Shown: positions 1 through 13,898, counted from the first letter of the stretch. The stretch: 64,000 nucleotides of DNA from an uncultured Acidobacteriaceae bacterium (GCA_963850375.1 CAWKKV010000002.1:1059943-1123942); one strand, 5' to 3'. The notes: a model not told the origin generated them from the letters alone. A program made the numbers and translations.

Positions 1-1
1 C

Positions 2-766
2 TACTTCCTCGCTCCGCACGCCGGTCTCCTTCGCCAGCCCTACGACATCTTCGTCAACCAGTACCGCGTCGCCGAGCGCCAGCTCCAGCGCACCTCCGCC
101 GGCGCAGATATCGGCTGGTCCGACTCGCGGGTTCAGGAGCTGCGCGTCGGCTTCGACACCAGCAACGTCCGCTGGCAGCAGGAGGTCGGCTCCGACGGCC
201 AGCCTGACGTCTTCGGCGAAGCGGAACGCGTCCACGTCCGCTACGTCTACGACACGCAGGACCGCGCCCTCGTTCCGCAGTACGGCATCCGCTCCACCAC
301 CGACCTCGGCTACCTCTTCAACGCCGTTGGAAGCCACAACGCCCCGCAGTTCACCACCCAGCTCTCCCTCGCGCACCAGATCGGCTCCAACCTCTTCATC
401 TTCGCGACCGAAGGCGGCACCATGTTCAATCGCAGTGTCGCGCAGCCCTTCCGCTTCACCCTCGGCGGTCCCCTTCGCCTCACCGCCAGCGCCATCGACG
501 AGTACCGCGGCACCGACTACTTCCTCCTCGAGCCCGCCTTCCTCCGCCGCGTCGCCAAGCTCCCCGATCCACTCGGCCAGAGCATCTACCTCGGCGCCGG
601 CTATGAAGCCGGACAGATGCACGCCCCCGGCCTCCACACCGTCACCCGCCAGGACGTCTACTTCGGCGTCATCGCCGAAACCCCCCTCGGCGTCCTCACC
701 CTCGCCCCCGCCCTCGGCGACGACGGCCACCGCAAATTCGTCTTCACCCTCGGCAAGCTCTTCTAA
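2..766 (+). CDS. C-terminal part of an outer-membrane beta-barrel protein, probably patatin-like phospholipase/BamA-TamA type; truncated by the window edge
   Basis: Open frame from position 2 (YFLAPHAGLLRQPYDIF...) through ORF 422..766; amphipathic beta-strand pattern and terminal aromatic signature FVFTLGKLF. Confidence 0.6.
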   Translation, partial: YFLAPHAGLLRQPYDIFVNQYRVAERQLQRTSAGADIGWSDSRVQELRVGFDTSNVRWQQEVGSDGQPDVFGEAERVHVRYVYDTQDRALVPQYGIRSTTDLGYLFNAVGSHNAPQFTTQLSLAHQIGSNLFIFATEGGTMFNRSVAQPFRFTLGGPLRLTASAIDEYRGTDYFLLEPAFLRRVAKLPDPLGQSIYLGAGYEAGQMHAPGLHTVTRQDVYFGVIAETPLGVLTLAPALGDDGHRKFVFTLGKLF

Positions 767-780
767 CAATCCTCGCGCTC

Positions 781-888
781 ATCGCCAGCCAGACCGGTCC
801 CTCGCCACCCTGGACCGACCCCATCGCCTGCCAGACCGACCCCTCGCCAGCCAGACCGACCCCTCGCCAGCCTGACCAACCCCGCCAC
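781..888. repeat. Degenerate tandem array of about 20-bp units (consensus CCCTCGCCAGCCAGACCGAC), about 5 copies; partial second array near 985-1022
   Basis: Units read directly, e.g. 841-860 ccctcgccagccagaccgac and 861-880 ccctcgccagcctgaccaac. Confidence 0.8.
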
Positions 889-892
889 TTAG

Positions 893-926
893 TTGTCATC
901 CTTCGCGAAGCGGAGGATCTGCTTCT
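893..926 (+). repeat. TGTC-tagged palindromic REP-like element, type A, intergenic 34-nt form
   Basis: ttgtcATCCTTCGC-gaa-GCGGAGGATctgcttct; identical to 1027-1060. Confidence 0.9.
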
Positions 927-1026
927 CTTTCCCCAGACCCGCCCCAGCGATCGTTCGAAGACTGGCAACGCACCCCGCCACCCCTGCCTGACCGATCCCT
1001 CGCCAGCCTGCCCCCCCGCCACCTAC

Positions 1027-1060
1027 TTGTCATCCTTCGCGAAGCGGAGGATCTGCTTCT
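1027..1060 (+). repeat. TGTC-tagged palindromic REP-like element, type A, intergenic 34-nt form
   Basis: Exact copy of 893-926. Confidence 0.9.
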
Positions 1061-1164
1061 CTCCCGCAGCCTCCGACAATTCTGAAAAGTTAACCAGCCG
1101 CCCGTCTTCTCGAACGCAAAGCTCCCCAACCCCGGCCCACACCTCCGCATAGCATAATCAAGCC

Positions 1165-4480
<3,316 letters not shown>

Positions 4481-4538
4481 TCTCAAGATCCCCTTTTTCC
4501 CTTTACCGGTGCCGCACCGTCCTATAGCGTCAGCGGGC

Positions 4539-5309
4539 ATGTCTGCCTTTGCACGCCCTCTCTTCCTTGCTGCTCTCATCCTGCCCTCGGCGCTCTTCGC
4601 ACAAGCAACGCAGGGAGAGATCGAAGCCCGCCTCCTTCATAAGCCCCTCTATCTCCGTGGGCTCTGGAGAGGTGACAAGCTGCACTTCGACGCAAGCGGC
4701 CGCGTTCTCGGCAATCCAGCGAAACTCACCTTCACGCTCTCCGGGATCGAAATCAAGAAGGTAACGCTCGATCCCGATAAGCTCATCCTCGAGGGCAAGC
4801 GCGTCGGCCTTGAATTTCAAAACGACAAACCGAAGCGTGTGGCCTTGTATCGCGAAGACAAGATTCAGCTAGAAATCGACACCGTGCCGGATTTCAACGG
4901 CGCCTTGACGACCATCTTCGCCCCTACGCTCGCCGATCTGGTCCCATCCCTTCCCTCCTACTGGAAGGACTACGCCCGCCGGCACCTCGTTGCAACCCCG
5001 GATACATCACCCCTCCCTGCCGCGAACAAGCCCACGGGAAAGGTGACGATCCCCAAGGTCCTGAAGTCGGTCGAGCCACAGTTCAGCGACGCAGCTCGCG
5101 CACTCGAATACAGTTGCAGCACGCTTGTAGGCCTCACCGTAAGCGAAGTGGGCAGGGTCACAGAGGTCAGCGTCATTCGGCCGTGCGGTCTGGGTCTGGA
5201 TGAACAGGCACTCGCCGCAGCTGTCCAGTACCAATTTGCGCCCGCAACGCAGGATGGCAAGCCCATCGCGACTGTGGTTCACTTCGATATCCGCTTCGGC
5301 CCCCCATGA
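4539..5309 (+). CDS. Energy transducer TonB family protein (signal peptide plus TonB C-terminal domain)
   Basis: C-terminal PKVLKSVEPQFS...GLGLDEQALAAAVQYQFAPATQDGKP pattern. Confidence 0.8.
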   Translation: MSAFARPLFLAALILPSALFAQATQGEIEARLLHKPLYLRGLWRGDKLHFDASGRVLGNPAKLTFTLSGIEIKKVTLDPDKLILEGKRVGLEFQNDKPKRVALYREDKIQLEIDTVPDFNGALTTIFAPTLADLVPSLPSYWKDYARRHLVATPDTSPLPAANKPTGKVTIPKVLKSVEPQFSDAARALEYSCSTLVGLTVSEVGRVTEVSVIRPCGLGLDEQALAAAVQYQFAPATQDGKPIATVVHFDIRFGPP

Positions 5310-5864
5310 CTTCCCTCCATACGAGGCGAACGGAACGCCAGCTGCTTTGGTCCATGCTGTTCCGCAGCCTCCCTCCCAGCCTTTTCGCGCCATCGATCCT
5401 CAGCTCCCTCTCGACCCTCGGTAACGTGACACGCTGCCTCCACCGCCCCATCCTTCTTCTTTCGCCGCCCTCCGCAGCACCCCATGTACTCCGCCCATCT
5501 GGGCGCGACCGTTCTTTGTCCTTGTCAACCTCCGTCAACCGTAAAGTCTCTGATCCGGGAGAACTTGTCGGGTGGCGCAACCACCCCAGCCAGTTCCGTA
5601 TCCTGTTGAAAGAGGGGGAGGCGATCCCTGCCCCGAAGAGGTGCCCAGCGGCCGCAAACCCTTTCGGTTGAGTACTTTACCAATAACCCCTATGGACTCA
5701 AGACTTTAGGCTTCGAGGCAGCGCCAAATCATTGAAAGCAGAAACTTTGGGAAAAAGTACCCCCCGGGGGGGACCCCGGTCCGGACCCGATTCCGAAAGC
5801 AAACACCCAACGTGGCACACTAGGAGGCACATTCGCACACAATCTGTCTGGAGCCCCGAAGCCA

Positions 5865-7912
5865 ATGCGCCTCCGCATCACCGTCTCGCTGCTTGCCCTC
5901 CTCGCCATCCTCGCGCTCCCCACCCTCGCCCAGCGCCCGCTTCCCAACATGACCCCCGAGGAGAAGGCCGCCCTCATCACCAAGCGCGAAGGCATCGAAA
6001 AGCAGCTCGAAGACATCGCCGTCATCGACCGCAAGGTCATGGTCCCCATGCGCGACGGCAAGCGCATGGCCGCCGACATCTACCGGCCCAGGGACACCTC
6101 GAAGCAGTATCCCGTCATCTTCAGCCGCACCCCGTACAACTTCAACTTCTGGGACGTAAAGCTCGGCACATACCGCGACATGACCTCCGAGCTCGAAGCC
6201 GTCAAGCGCGGCTACGTCCTCATCGAGATGAACGAGCGCGGACACTTCTTCTCCGAAGGCAACTACGACATTCTCGGCGCCCCGCTCACCGACGCCGACG
6301 ACCAGTTCACCTGGATGGGAACGCAGCCCTGGTCGAACGGCAAGATCGGCCTCATCGGCTGCTCCTCCACCGCCGAGTGGCAGATGGCCGCCGCCTCCAT
6401 CGGCAACACCCACCTCACCACCATCATCCCCGAAAGCTTCGGCGCCGGCGTCGGCAAGGTCGGCCCCTACAACGAGCAGGGCAACTGGTACCGCGGCGGC
6501 GCCGTCCAGATGCTCTTCATCGACTGGCTCTACGGCGAGCAGAACCAGGTCCGCCCCCAGTTCCCGCCCACCACCTCCCAGGCCGACCTCATCGCCGCCT
6601 CCAAACTCTTCGACCTCGCCCCCCAGATGCCGCCCGTCGACTGGGCAAAAGCCTTCGAACACCTCCCCGAAAAAGACATCATCTCCAACATCGGCGGACC
6701 CAAGGGAATCTTTAGCGACGTCATGCCCAACACCTCCGGCGGCAACATGATCGCCCGCACCCCCAGCGACCCCGCCTGGCGCAAGGGCGGCATCTGGCAG
6801 TCCGACACCATGCCCATCAACGTCCCCGGCCTCTGGATGATGACCTGGTACGACGTCTCCACCGGGCCCAATCTCGCCGCCTACAACTTCGTCCGCGAGC
6901 ACGCCAAGGGCGACGCCGCCAACCAGCAGTACGCCATCATCGCCCCCACCCTCCACTGCGGCTACACCCGCGCCACCGAAGACACCGTGGTCGGCGAACG
7001 CCACATGGGCGACGCCCGCCTCGACTACAACGAGATCACCTACGGCTGGTTCGATCACTTCCTCAAGGGCGAAAGCAACGGCGTCCTCGAGAAGACACCA
7101 AGGGTCCAGTACTACACCATGGGCCTCAACAAGTGGCAGCACTCCAAGACCTGGCCACCAGAAGGCGCAAAGACCGTCACCCTCAGCCTCGGGAGCTCCG
7201 GCCACGCCAACACCCTCCAAGGCGACGGCACCCTCAAACCTCCCCCCGGCTCCCCCTTCCTGTCATCCTTCGCCGCAGGCGGAGATCCGCTGCTCTGGCC
7301 CGGAAACCCCACGGCGCCAGCAAAGCCGCCACCATCGACCTCGCCGACACCTTCACCTACGACCCCCTCCACCCCACCCCCTCCTACGGCGGCAACGTCT
7401 GCTGCGCCGCCAACACCATCCCCGGCAACGGCGGAGCCCTCGATCAGCGCAAGATGGAAGAACGCCCCGACATCCTCGTCTACACCTCCGAGCCCCTCGC
7501 CAAAGACACCGAGGTCTCCGGCCCCATCACCGCCACCCTCTACGTCTCCTCGGACGTCAAGGACACCGACGTCACCGTCAAGGTCATCGACGTCCTCCCC
7601 GATGGCACCGCCTACAACCTCGACGAGACCATCCAGCGCCTCCGCTACCGTGACGGCGACGACAAAACCGTCTGGATGGAGAACGGCAAGGTCTACAAGG
7701 TCACCCTCACCCCCATGGTCACCTCCGACCTCTTCGCCGCCGGCCACCGCATCCGCATCGAGGTCGCCGGATCCAACTTCCCCCGCTTCGATCGCAACCT
7801 CAACACCGGCGGCAACAACTACGACGAAACCACCGCCGTCACCGCCCACACCGCCATCCACCACTCCGCCCAGTACCCCAGCACGCTTTCCCTCACCGTC
7901 GTCCCACGCTGA
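5865..7912 (+). CDS. CocE/NonD family secreted hydrolase (X-Pro dipeptidyl-peptidase S15-like); apparent 1-nt frameshift near 7283
   Basis: [33 protein letters not shown]; C-terminal [12 protein letters not shown] and [13 protein letters not shown] in ORF 7133..7912. Confidence 0.88.
7261..7294 (+). repeat. REP-like element type A inside the CocE hydrolase, read as LSSFAAGG(G)SAA
   Basis: tgtcatccttcgcc-gca-ggcggagatccgctgct; lacks one G relative to consensus ggaggat, exactly where the reading frame breaks. Confidence 0.8.
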
Positions 7913-7918
7913 GCGCGC

Positions 7919-7951
7919 AAAAAGGACGGCAACTCCAAAGAGTTGCCGTCC
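7919..7951. terminator. Intrinsic terminator hairpin between convergent genes
   Basis: ggacggcaactc-caaa-gagttgccgtcc preceded by an A run (U tract on the minus strand). Confidence 0.8.
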
Positions 7952-7966
7952 CTCAACTTCTAGCTG

Positions 7967-8965
7967 CTAAGCCTGGGCCTTCTTCCAGCCCCATACCCCC
8001 GCCGCAACCCCGATCAGCCCAAACACCGTCGCCGTCACCGCCGGGTGCACATACCCGGCCGTATACACGCTCGGCCGAATCCACTTCTGATCCCCGCGCA
8101 CGCTTCCATCCACGCCCGCCTGCCACAGGCTGTCCGGCCGCGGCTGCTTCGGCTCGTCTTTTACCTGCGACTTGATCATCAGCGACGAGCCCGCATCCAC
8201 CAGCTTCGGCGTCAACCGGCTGAAGATCCCCATCACCTTGCCCGCGCCACCCACGTGCAGCGCTCGCCGCGGATGCTCCGCCGCAAACAGGATCGCCTCC
8301 GCAACGCTCTCGGGCGCATAGATCGGCTGCGGCAGCTTCGGCTCGAGCTCCGTGTAATTCTTCGCATGGTGGTGAAAAGGCGTTCCGATCGCCGCCGGCT
8401 GAATCAGCGTCACCGAGATTGGCGCGTCATCATCCTTCAGCTCCCGCCGAAGCGCATCCGTAAACCCCTTGATCGCATGCTTGGTCGTCGAGTACATCCC
8501 CTGCAGCGGAAACGCGAAGTCCGAAGCCACACTGCCCAGGTTGATCAGCGCTCCACCCTTCTGCTTCAAATGCCGCACCGCAGTCGTCGACCCGTACACG
8601 ATGCCCCAGAAGTTAATGTCGAACAGCTGGCGGTGGTCCTCATCCGACACCTCCTCTAACTTCCCCCACAGCCCCAGCCCGGCATTGTTCACCCACGTAT
8701 CGAATCCGCCGAAGGTCGAGATCGCAGCCTCCGCCAGGCGCTCGATCTGTTCCCGCTTGCTTACGTCCGTGACGACGTGAATGGCCTTGCCACCCTCCGC
8801 TACGATCTCGCGAACCGTCTGCTGGAGCACGTCCTCATTTCGTGCCGCAAGGACCAGCTTCGCCCCACGTGCGGCCGCCGCCTTGGCTGTGGCGAGCCCG
8901 ATCCCGCTCGTGGCTCCAGTGATAACGATGACTTGTTGCTCGACAGGCTTCAGTGAAACGCTCAT
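7967..8965 (-). CDS. SDR family oxidoreductase
   Basis: [13 protein letters not shown] and YSTTK catalytic motif. Confidence 0.92.
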   Translation of the reverse strand: MSVSLKPVEQQVIVITGATSGIGLATAKAAAARGAKLVLAARNEDVLQQTVREIVAEGGKAIHVVTDVSKREQIERLAEAAISTFGGFDTWVNNAGLGLWGKLEEVSDEDHRQLFDINFWGIVYGSTTAVRHLKQKGGALINLGSVASDFAFPLQGMYSTTKHAIKGFTDALRRELKDDDAPISVTLIQPAAIGTPFHHHAKNYTELEPKLPQPIYAPESVAEAILFAAEHPRRALHVGGAGKVMGIFSRLTPKLVDAGSSLMIKSQVKDEPKQPRPDSLWQAGVDGSVRGDQKWIRPSVYTAGYVHPAVTATVFGLIGVAAGVWGWKKAQA

Positions 8966-9073
8966 ACCGGATAGGAGGACGCATGGGGAGGAAAGGCTGT
9001 CCGGATGCCTCCATTGCCATCGGCGATATCAACAGTCTTGAATCAGCTCGGAAAGGCTCGCAGAAGCACCCGC

Positions 9074-9712
9074 TTACTCGCTGCTCTGCAAAGCACTCTG
9101 GTAGTCCTTCCGAAGCTGCTCGCCGATCTGGTCCGTAGCCTCGAGGTGCGCCAGCGCCCTCCGCACGTCCTTAGCGGCCGCCGTAGCCTCCTCGGGTGTC
9201 AGGTTCTTCGGGTCAAACTTGTACACCACATAAGACTGCAGCTCAAGAAAGTCCTGCATCGACTCGCGCTCCAGGCTCACAAACTGTGACTGCAACGCGT
9301 ACGCCTTCGCATAACTCTGTACGTGCGGGTAAGACATGTAGCTCAAAACGCCAGTAGCCGCTGCTGTATTCCAGCTCGCTTCGCTCAATGTGCTCTCGCT
9401 GTAGTTCAGCGTGATGCTCCGGATGTCATAGGGCTTCTTCTCGCTTCGAGCCGCTAGGAACTCAAGAATCGAAACGAGGTTCTTCGACTCCTTGCCGACC
9501 GCCGCGTGGATAGCCTCGAGGTCGCCCTCGTTGTCCCGGATCTCCTGCCGGATACTCTCATCCGCCAGATGTCTCTGGTGCCGGTGGTGCCAGGCTTCGG
9601 CAGCGTTCTCGAGCCCCAGCGCGATCAGCAGACCCACCGTGATGGTCAGCAGATGCAGCAGAAAATCTTTGAACCCATGCACCGGCTCATGCGGCGCGTG
9701 CACATCCAGCAT
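9074..9712 (-). CDS. Hypothetical membrane-anchored protein, paralog of 63279..63920
   Basis: MLDVHAPHEPVHGFKDFLLHLLTITVGLLIALGLE matches the N-terminus of the 63279 ORF. Confidence 0.75.
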   Translation of the reverse strand: MLDVHAPHEPVHGFKDFLLHLLTITVGLLIALGLENAAEAWHHRHQRHLADESIRQEIRDNEGDLEAIHAAVGKESKNLVSILEFLAARSEKKPYDIRSITLNYSESTLSEASWNTAAATGVLSYMSYPHVQSYAKAYALQSQFVSLERESMQDFLELQSYVVYKFDPKNLTPEEATAAAKDVRRALAHLEATDQIGEQLRKDYQSALQSSE

Positions 9713-9734
9713 CCCGCTCCCTCCCCATCGTTGT

Positions 9735-9767
9735 CGTCGTCCTTCGCCTCGAGGCGGAGAAGCCGCT
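9735..9767 (+). repeat. Degenerate REP-like type A element, intergenic
   Basis: cgtcgtccttcgcc-tcga-ggcggagaagccgct. Confidence 0.5.
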
Positions 9768-9804
9768 TTCTCAACCCTTAACCCCACAGCTCAACCTGAA
9801 ATCA

Positions 9805-10557
9805 TCACTGGTGCGGCATAATCGCCGTCGCTTTGTTCTTCACAAAGATCACATCCATCGGATGGCCGAGATTGGAAAACATCACGCGCCGGTTCCCATA
9901 CTCCTGGCTCACACTGTCGCTCACCTGCCCCAGCGCCATCTGCACCTCGGCCTCGCTCATCCCCAGGATCGCTCGGTGCTCATCGATCGCCTTCCACACC
10001 TCCGGCCCCCAGTGCTTGTAGAGCTGGTGAGGATCGTCATAGAAGAAAAGTTCATCCGTGTAAAACGTGTAATCCCCGCCCTGCTTGTACCCCACCGGCA
10101 CCCCGAACACCTTGTCTCCGCTCCCCGGCCCCTGCGCACTCGCCGGCAGCGTAAAAAGCAGCAGCACCTGCCGGTCCCCGCCCGGGATCCGAAACGTCGC
10201 GAACTTCGGCGCCACCTGCTCCACCGCATCCTTCACCGCCATCGGCTGCGCTCCCAGCAGCGTCCCCTCCTTCTTCGCGTAATCCACGTGCTTGCCGGTC
10301 GCCGCATAGTAATCCATCTGTCCGCCCGCGCTCACCCAGATCGTCGTCCCATACAGCTCCTTCAGATCACCCATGTTTGAAGGCCGCTTCTTCTTCAAAA
10401 ACACAAACGCGTCGTCCGGCAGCTTCTCCTGCTTCGCCACCGCCGCAGGCGCATTATCCGCCGCATGCCGCTCCCGGTAGATCATCCCCACACGAATTCC
10501 CACGGCCAGCACCGCCACCACCGTAGCCCCGATCGCCGCCTTCTTACCGTTTTCCAT
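9805..10557 (-). CDS. Hypothetical membrane-anchored protein with C-terminal SmpA/BamE-like motif
   Basis: N-terminal TM segment; C-terminal LGMSEAEVQMALG. Confidence 0.65.
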   Translation of the reverse strand: MENGKKAAIGATVVAVLAVGIRVGMIYRERHAADNAPAAVAKQEKLPDDAFVFLKKKRPSNMGDLKELYGTTIWVSAGGQMDYYAATGKHVDYAKKEGTLLGAQPMAVKDAVEQVAPKFATFRIPGGDRQVLLLFTLPASAQGPGSGDKVFGVPVGYKQGGDYTFYTDELFFYDDPHQLYKHWGPEVWKAIDEHRAILGMSEAEVQMALGQVSDSVSQEYGNRRVMFSNLGHPMDVIFVKNKATAIMPHQ

Positions 10558-10702
10558 CCATCCTCCTGCCCTTCCCAAAGGCCCGAATCCCAGACAGCAA
10601 AGCCCAGACACCCAATCTAAATCCTTGATCCGTCGCGGCGCCCACCCGACACTCCGCCGCGAGTTCCCTGCGCTATCATCACCGCAAACCTAAGGAACCA
10701 TC

Positions 10703-12211
10703 ATGCGCCTGCTCCCCGCTGCTGCTATCCAACCTCTTCTCTTCATCCTCGCTCCCACACTCCTCGCGCAATCGCAAAAGCAGGCCGCCCCGCCCGCGCA
10801 GATCCCCGCCCAACCCCCCAAGACAGCCGTCTCCCGCTATATCAAGGTTCCCGCCGCGCCCGTCATCCTCCTCGAGCACGTCCGCATCATCGATGGCACC
10901 GGCGCCGCACCGCTCGAAGACCAGACCCTCACCATCAGCAACGGCAAGATCGCCGCCATAGGCGCACCTTCGGCAGACAATCCCTCGGTCATCCACATCG
11001 ACCTCACCGGCCGCACCGTCATCCCCGGCATCGTCGGCATGCACGACCACATGTACTACATCGCCCGCCCCAACGCCGACGCCGAAGGCCACTCCGAGCC
11101 GCCCCTCGTCGTCCCCCAGATGACCTTTACCTCGCCTCACCTCTATCTCGGCGCCGGCGTCACCACCCTCCGCACCACCGGCTCGGTCGAGCCCTACACC
11201 GACCTCAACCTCAAGCGCGAGATCGACGCAGGGCACATCCCCGGCCCGCACATGGACGTCACCGCTCCCTACCTCGAAGGCGCCAACTCGCCCTTCATCC
11301 AGATGCACCAGCTCCGCGATGCCGACGACGCCCGCTCCACCGTCGACTTCTGGGCCGCGCAGGGAGCCACCAGCTTCAAGGCCTACATGAACATCACCCG
11401 CGCCGAGCTCAAGGCCGCCATCGACCAGGCGCACAAGCACGGCCTCAAGCTCACCGGACACCTCTGCTCCGTCACCTACCCCGAAGCCGCCGAGCTCGGC
11501 ATCGACAACCTCGAGCACGGCTTCTTCGTCAACACCCAGCTCGACCCCGGCAAGCAGCCCGACACCTGCCCGCCAACGGTCGGCGACCCCACTCTCGCTC
11601 GCATGACCCCCGGCTCCCCTGAAGCAGCAGCCCTCATCAAGCTCCTCGTCGACCACCACGTCGCGGTCACCAGCACGCTTCCCGTCTTCGAGTCATCCGA
11701 CCCCCGCCACCTCAGGCTCCAGTCACGCGTCCTTCAAACCATGTCAACGCCCACCCGCGAGGCATACCTCAACACCCGCAACCTCGAGCTCACCCGCACC
11801 CCGGCCGCAGGCGCCGTTGATCGTGCCCAGAACTTCCGCAACGGCATGGCCCTTGAGCGCGAGTTCGTCGCCGCCGGAGGCCTCCTGCTCGCCGGCCCCG
11901 ACCCCACCGGCGACGGTGGCGTCCTCCCCGGCTTCGGCGACCAGCGCGAGATCGAGCTCCTCGTCGACGCCGGCTTCACCCCCGTTGAAGCCATCCACAT
12001 CGCCACCCTCAACGGAGCCACCTACCTCGGTCGCCAGAACACCATCGGCTCCATCGCCCCCGGCAAAAATGCCGACCTCGTCGTCATCAAAGGCGATCCC
12101 AGCAAGCGGATCTCCGACATCGAAAACACCGAGCTCGTCTTCAAAGACGGCATCGGCTACGACTCACAAAAACTCCTCGACTCCGCCAAGGGCCGCTACG
12201 GCCAGTATTGA
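10703..12211 (+). CDS. Secreted amidohydrolase family protein
   Basis: IPGIVGMHDH metal motif, GVTTLRT, GSIAPGKNADLVV; signal peptide. Confidence 0.9.
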   Translation: MRLLPAAAIQPLLFILAPTLLAQSQKQAAPPAQIPAQPPKTAVSRYIKVPAAPVILLEHVRIIDGTGAAPLEDQTLTISNGKIAAIGAPSADNPSVIHIDLTGRTVIPGIVGMHDHMYYIARPNADAEGHSEPPLVVPQMTFTSPHLYLGAGVTTLRTTGSVEPYTDLNLKREIDAGHIPGPHMDVTAPYLEGANSPFIQMHQLRDADDARSTVDFWAAQGATSFKAYMNITRAELKAAIDQAHKHGLKLTGHLCSVTYPEAAELGIDNLEHGFFVNTQLDPGKQPDTCPPTVGDPTLARMTPGSPEAAALIKLLVDHHVAVTSTLPVFESSDPRHLRLQSRVLQTMSTPTREAYLNTRNLELTRTPAAGAVDRAQNFRNGMALEREFVAAGGLLLAGPDPTGDGGVLPGFGDQREIELLVDAGFTPVEAIHIATLNGATYLGRQNTIGSIAPGKNADLVVIKGDPSKRISDIENTELVFKDGIGYDSQKLLDSAKGRYGQY

Positions 12212-12218
12212 TATCCCG

Positions 12219-13898
12219 CTACACCGTGCTGCGCTTCAGAAGGTAATCCAGCCCGCACACCCGGTACCACCGGTATCCATACGGCTCCAGCAGCACACGA
12301 TGCCGCCCGTCAGCCTCAGCCTCGCTGTGGTCGCTTGAGAGCAGGTTCACCAGCACACATCCCTCCTCCGCCTCGCCCTGGATCGCAAACCGGACCTCTC
12401 GCGGCTCAGCCCGGAGATTGTGGACGCAAACCACGCCGTTCTTTCGCCACTGGTACCGCATAGCCAGCACCGCGGGCGAGCCCGTGGGCACAAACGAGAA
12501 GTCGCCCCAGCCAATCTCCGGCACCTCCTTGCGCATCCGGATCATGCGCTCCATCCAGTTCAGCAGCGAATTGGGATCGCGTCGCTGGTCCGCGACATTG
12601 ACGTGCTCAAAGCTGTACGGCCCATCGCTGATCGGCGGCATGGCCGGCCTGTCGCTCATCGTGAATCCGCCATGCCGCTCCCGCGACCACTGCATCGGCG
12701 TCCGCGCACAGTTGCGTTCCGGCAGCCGCAGATCATCGCCCATCCCGATCTCGTCTCCGTACCGGATCACCGGCGTCCCCGGCAGCGTCAGCATCAGGCT
12801 GTACGCCAGCTCCAGCCGCCGCCGGTCGCCGCCCAGCATCGGCGCAAGCCGCCTCCGAATGCCGCGCCCGTACAGCTGCATGTCCGGCTCCGGGCCAAAG
12901 GCCGCAAACACTGTCTCCCGTTGCTCATCCTCGAGTCGCCCCAGGTCCAGCTCATCATGATTGCGCAGAAACTGTCCCCACTGCGCCGTAGCCGGACGGC
13001 TCTTCGTCGCCTGCATCGCCTTCACCAGCGGTCGCCCGTCCCCGCTCGCCAGCGCATAAAACAGGTGTTGGTTGACCTCGAAGTTGAACATCATCTGCAG
13101 TCGCTCGCCCGCATCCCCGAAGTACTTGAGATCCGTCTTCGGCAGCACGTTCGCCTCCGCCAGGATGATCGCCTCACCCTCGCGCCACGTAAGAAACTGG
13201 CTGAACTCGCGCAGCATCTCGTACTGCTCCGTGGGCTTCTTCACGTTCGCGCCCTTCTCCGCGATCACAAACGGAACCGCGTCCATCCGAAACCCCGACA
13301 CCCCGAGCTGCAGCCAGAAACCCATGATCTTCAGAATCTCCGCTTGCACCTCCGGGTTCGACGTTTGGAGGTCCGGCTGAAACTCGTAGAAGCGGTGGAA
13401 GTAATAAGCCTTGGCCGCATCGTCGTAGTCCCACGTCGACTTCTGCACGCCAGGGAACACCACACCCGAGTCCGCGTTCTTGGGCTTCTTCTTTGACCAC
13501 ACATACCAGTCTCGAAAGCGCGACGCAGGGTCCCGGCGCGCCTCCTGGAACCAAGCATGCTGGTCCGACGTGTGGTTCACCACCAGGTCGATCAGCACCC
13601 GCATCCCGCGCTGGTTGCACCCATGCGTAAACTCCACAAAGTCGCCCAGCGTCCCATACCGCGGATCCACCCCGTAGTAGTCCGCCACATCGTATCCATC
13701 GTCCCGCCCCGGACTGGGCTGAAACGGCATCAGCCACACCGCCGTGACGCCCATCCCTTGCAGGTAATCCAGCCGTCGGATCAGTCCCTGAAAATCCCCA
13801 ACGCCATCGCCATTCGAGTCCATGTAGGTCCCGACTGCGAGGCAATAGATCACCGCGTTCTTGTACCAGAGATCGTTGATCACGCCGCTATCTCCCAA
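12219..13898 (-). CDS. GH13 alpha-amylase family protein, trehalose synthase (TreS)-like
   Basis: DSNGDGVGDF, DLVVNHTSDQH, GFRMDAV, FLRNHDEL, YGDEIGMGD; start may be the GTG a few codons in. Confidence 0.88.
   Translation of the reverse strand: MGDSGVINDLWYKNAVIYCLAVGTYMDSNGDGVGDFQGLIRRLDYLQGMGVTAVWLMPFQPSPGRDDGYDVADYYGVDPRYGTLGDFVEFTHGCNQRGMRVLIDLVVNHTSDQHAWFQEARRDPASRFRDWYVWSKKKPKNADSGVVFPGVQKSTWDYDDAAKAYYFHRFYEFQPDLQTSNPEVQAEILKIMGFWLQLGVSGFRMDAVPFVIAEKGANVKKPTEQYEMLREFSQFLTWREGEAIILAEANVLPKTDLKYFGDAGERLQMMFNFEVNQHLFYALASGDGRPLVKAMQATKSRPATAQWGQFLRNHDELDLGRLEDEQRETVFAAFGPEPDMQLYGRGIRRRLAPMLGGDRRRLELAYSLMLTLPGTPVIRYGDEIGMGDDLRLPERNCARTPMQWSRERHGGFTMSDRPAMPPISDGPYSFEHVNVADQRRDPNSLLNWMERMIRMRKEVPEIGWGDFSFVPTGSPAVLAMRYQWRKNGVVCVHNLRAEPREVRFAIQGEAEEGCVLVNLLSSDHSEAEADGRHRVLLEPYGYRWYRVCGLDYLLKRSTV

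Noticed and set aside
781-1060. Possible mini CRISPR array
   Set aside because: The 20-bp units are adjacent with no unique spacers; the two 34-bp repeats are separated by 100 bp of repeat-derived DNA; there are no cas genes.
5550-5670. Known riboswitch or housekeeping RNA upstream of the CocE gene
   Set aside because: I could not match the conserved cores of cobalamin, TPP, SAM or c-di-GMP riboswitches, 6S RNA or tRNA by eye; kept only as an unexplained region.
5732-7220. Long overlapping antisense and alternate-frame ORFs (also 36662..38317, 44141..45484, 59910..61154)
   Set aside because: Shadow ORFs expected from high GC and extreme third-position bias; low-complexity Arg/Pro/Ser or Gly/Val/Glu translations with no recognisable motifs.
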